A program made the position numbers and the translations under genes. The notes below the pieces were generated by a model, which saw only the letters and a program-made list of their open reading frames with translations, did no database searches and was not told where the DNA came from. From NCBI GenBank assembly GCA_016177005.1, contig JACOWC010000053.1, positions 1 through 61,371 of the forward strand: 61,371 bases of DNA, written 5' to 3'. The DNA comes from Methylocystis sp. GTDB taxonomy: Bacteria; Pseudomonadota; Alphaproteobacteria; Rhizobiales; Beijerinckiaceae. This document shows positions 59,303-61,371 of this stretch, piece after piece; within the stretch, counting starts at the first letter, position 1, and every line of letters starts with the position of its first letter.

Positions 59303-59493
59303 AATTAAATGGATATTCCGAAGCTTGATGGCTTCGATTAAAAATCATTGAATTTCCTGAAAGCGCATTCTCAAGCCAAAATGGCTCCCGACACGGGTGG
59401 CGCGGCAAGCTTGACGCGGCTGGGGTCGGGTTCATTTATCATGTCGTCCCGCCTTGTGCGGGAGCATACAGAAAAAATTCCAGGAGACGGGAC

Positions 59494-60153
<660 letters not shown>

Positions 60154-60186
60154 GGAAGAGGTCTCACTCCGCGTCGGGAGGCGACG

Positions 60187-61130
60187 TTGATCTTTCGACA
60201 GCTGTTCGACAGCGTTTCCTGCACCTACAGCTACATCCTCGCCGGCGGGCGAGGTGGCGAGGCGTTGATCATCGATCCGGTATTCGACAAAGTCGACCAC
60301 TACATCCAGCTGCTGCAAGAACTCGACGTCAGGCTCGTCAAGGCCGTCGATACGCATACCCACGCCGACCACATCACGGCCCTCGGAGCGCTACGCGACC
60401 GAACCCATTGTGTCACGGTGATGGGAGAGAAGAGCGGCGCCGACGTCGTCTCGATGCGCGTTTCCGACGGCGAGCGTATCGACATTCCCGGCGTCGCGTT
60501 GGAGGTCATCTACACGCCCGGACATACCGACGACTCATACAGCTTTCTCATGGAGGACCGAGTTTTTACCGGCGACACGCTGCTTATTCGCGGTACCGGT
60601 CGCACCGATTTCCAGAACGGCGATCCGCGCGCGCAATATGAATCTCTTTTCGGTCGGCTCTTGAAGTTGCCCGACTGGACGCTGGTCTATCCCGCGCACG
60701 ACTACAAGGGCGATACGGTCAGCACGATCGGCGAGGAAAGGGCATACAATCCACGCCTGCAAGTCAAATCGATCGACGAATATGTAGATCTGATGAACTG
60801 CTTGCATCTGCCCAATCCCAAGATGATGGACGTGGCGGTGCCGGCCAATCGGCACATTGGCTTGCACCAGGAGGAAATCGCCAAGCGCGGCTGGGCGCTC
60901 ATGGCGGAGGAGGCGATGCGGCTCGTCGGGCAGCCGTCGATCGAGCTTATCGATCTGCGCGAAGCGCACGAGCGCAAAGCGCAAGGCGTCATCCCTGGCT
61001 CGATCCACATGCCCTATGACGATTTGGAGGAAAACATTCGCGAAGGCGGATTGCTGCACTGTCCTCGGCCTGCCACATCCAAGGCGGCGTGGACGCATGG
61101 AAGAAGGCGAACGGGAAGGTGGTTCGGTGA
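60187..61130 (+). CDS. Persulfide dioxygenase (ETHE1-like MBL)-rhodanese fusion, frameshifted near 61059
   Basis: Manual translation from TTG 60187: MIFRQLFD, THTHADH, TPGHT, GTGRTDFQ, YPAHDY, IDLRE; the tail SACHIQGGVDAWKKANG is in another frame ending TGA 61130. Confidence 0.85.
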
Positions 61131-61371
61131 CTGGGGTCAAGAAGGCGTTGTCACGTTAGCATCGGGACAGCCGGTGTTCGGCGTTCTTGATGATTTCAGG
61201 CGCTCACGGCTGCAGCGGATTTCCAATGGCTTGGCCGAGACTGAAGTGCCCTTTCGGGCAGTTCAATCGAAACTCGTGCAGGCGCTATGGGTACGCGAAA
61301 TGGAATTCGTCGACCGATTGATCGACCAAAGCATTTTCGACCGCAATGTCAGTTTCGCCCGAGAAAACTCG

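Noticed and set aside
61131-61371. Open frame running off the window end
   Set aside because: Read-through created by the frameshift near 61059; no domain signal.

Overview
High-GC alphaproteobacterial chromosome segment, probably Methylocystis-like Hyphomicrobiales (inferred from protein style, not proven). Left third: end of the spc operon and the alpha operon (rpmD, rplO, secY, adk, rpsM, rpsK, rpoA, rplQ), degP-like, cutA, sppA, ihfB, lapA, and an imuA-imuB-dnaE2 cassette with a LexA box. Middle: putative toxin-antitoxin pair, catalase-like plus di-heme cytochrome pair, P-type ATPase with a divergent MetK, MgtE, GH42 beta-galactosidase with galK-galT, CoA transferase and lytic transglycosylase. 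An accessory island of about 21 kb (32.9-53.9 kb) carries glycosyltransferases, nucleotide-sugar enzymes and methyltransferases, plus two candidate RiPP modules with small precursors that are easy to miss. (i) A 68-aa YxxP-leader peptide (44592-44798) lies between a PqqD/RRE plus PaaK-like ligase and a SunS-type GT2. (ii) A 72-aa peptide ending SEFLSAFYKSAE (49296-49514) lies directly before an FxsB-like radical SAM/SPASM enzyme. Four unrelated island enzymes appear to share the same ~90-aa accessory module. Right end: IS21-like end, SNF2+SWIM pair, an NPQPLPP-repeat peptide, an ISL3 remnant, peroxiredoxin and a persulfide dioxygenase-rhodanese fusion. Four genes, including essential rpoA, show frameshifting internal deletions, most likely assembly artefacts.
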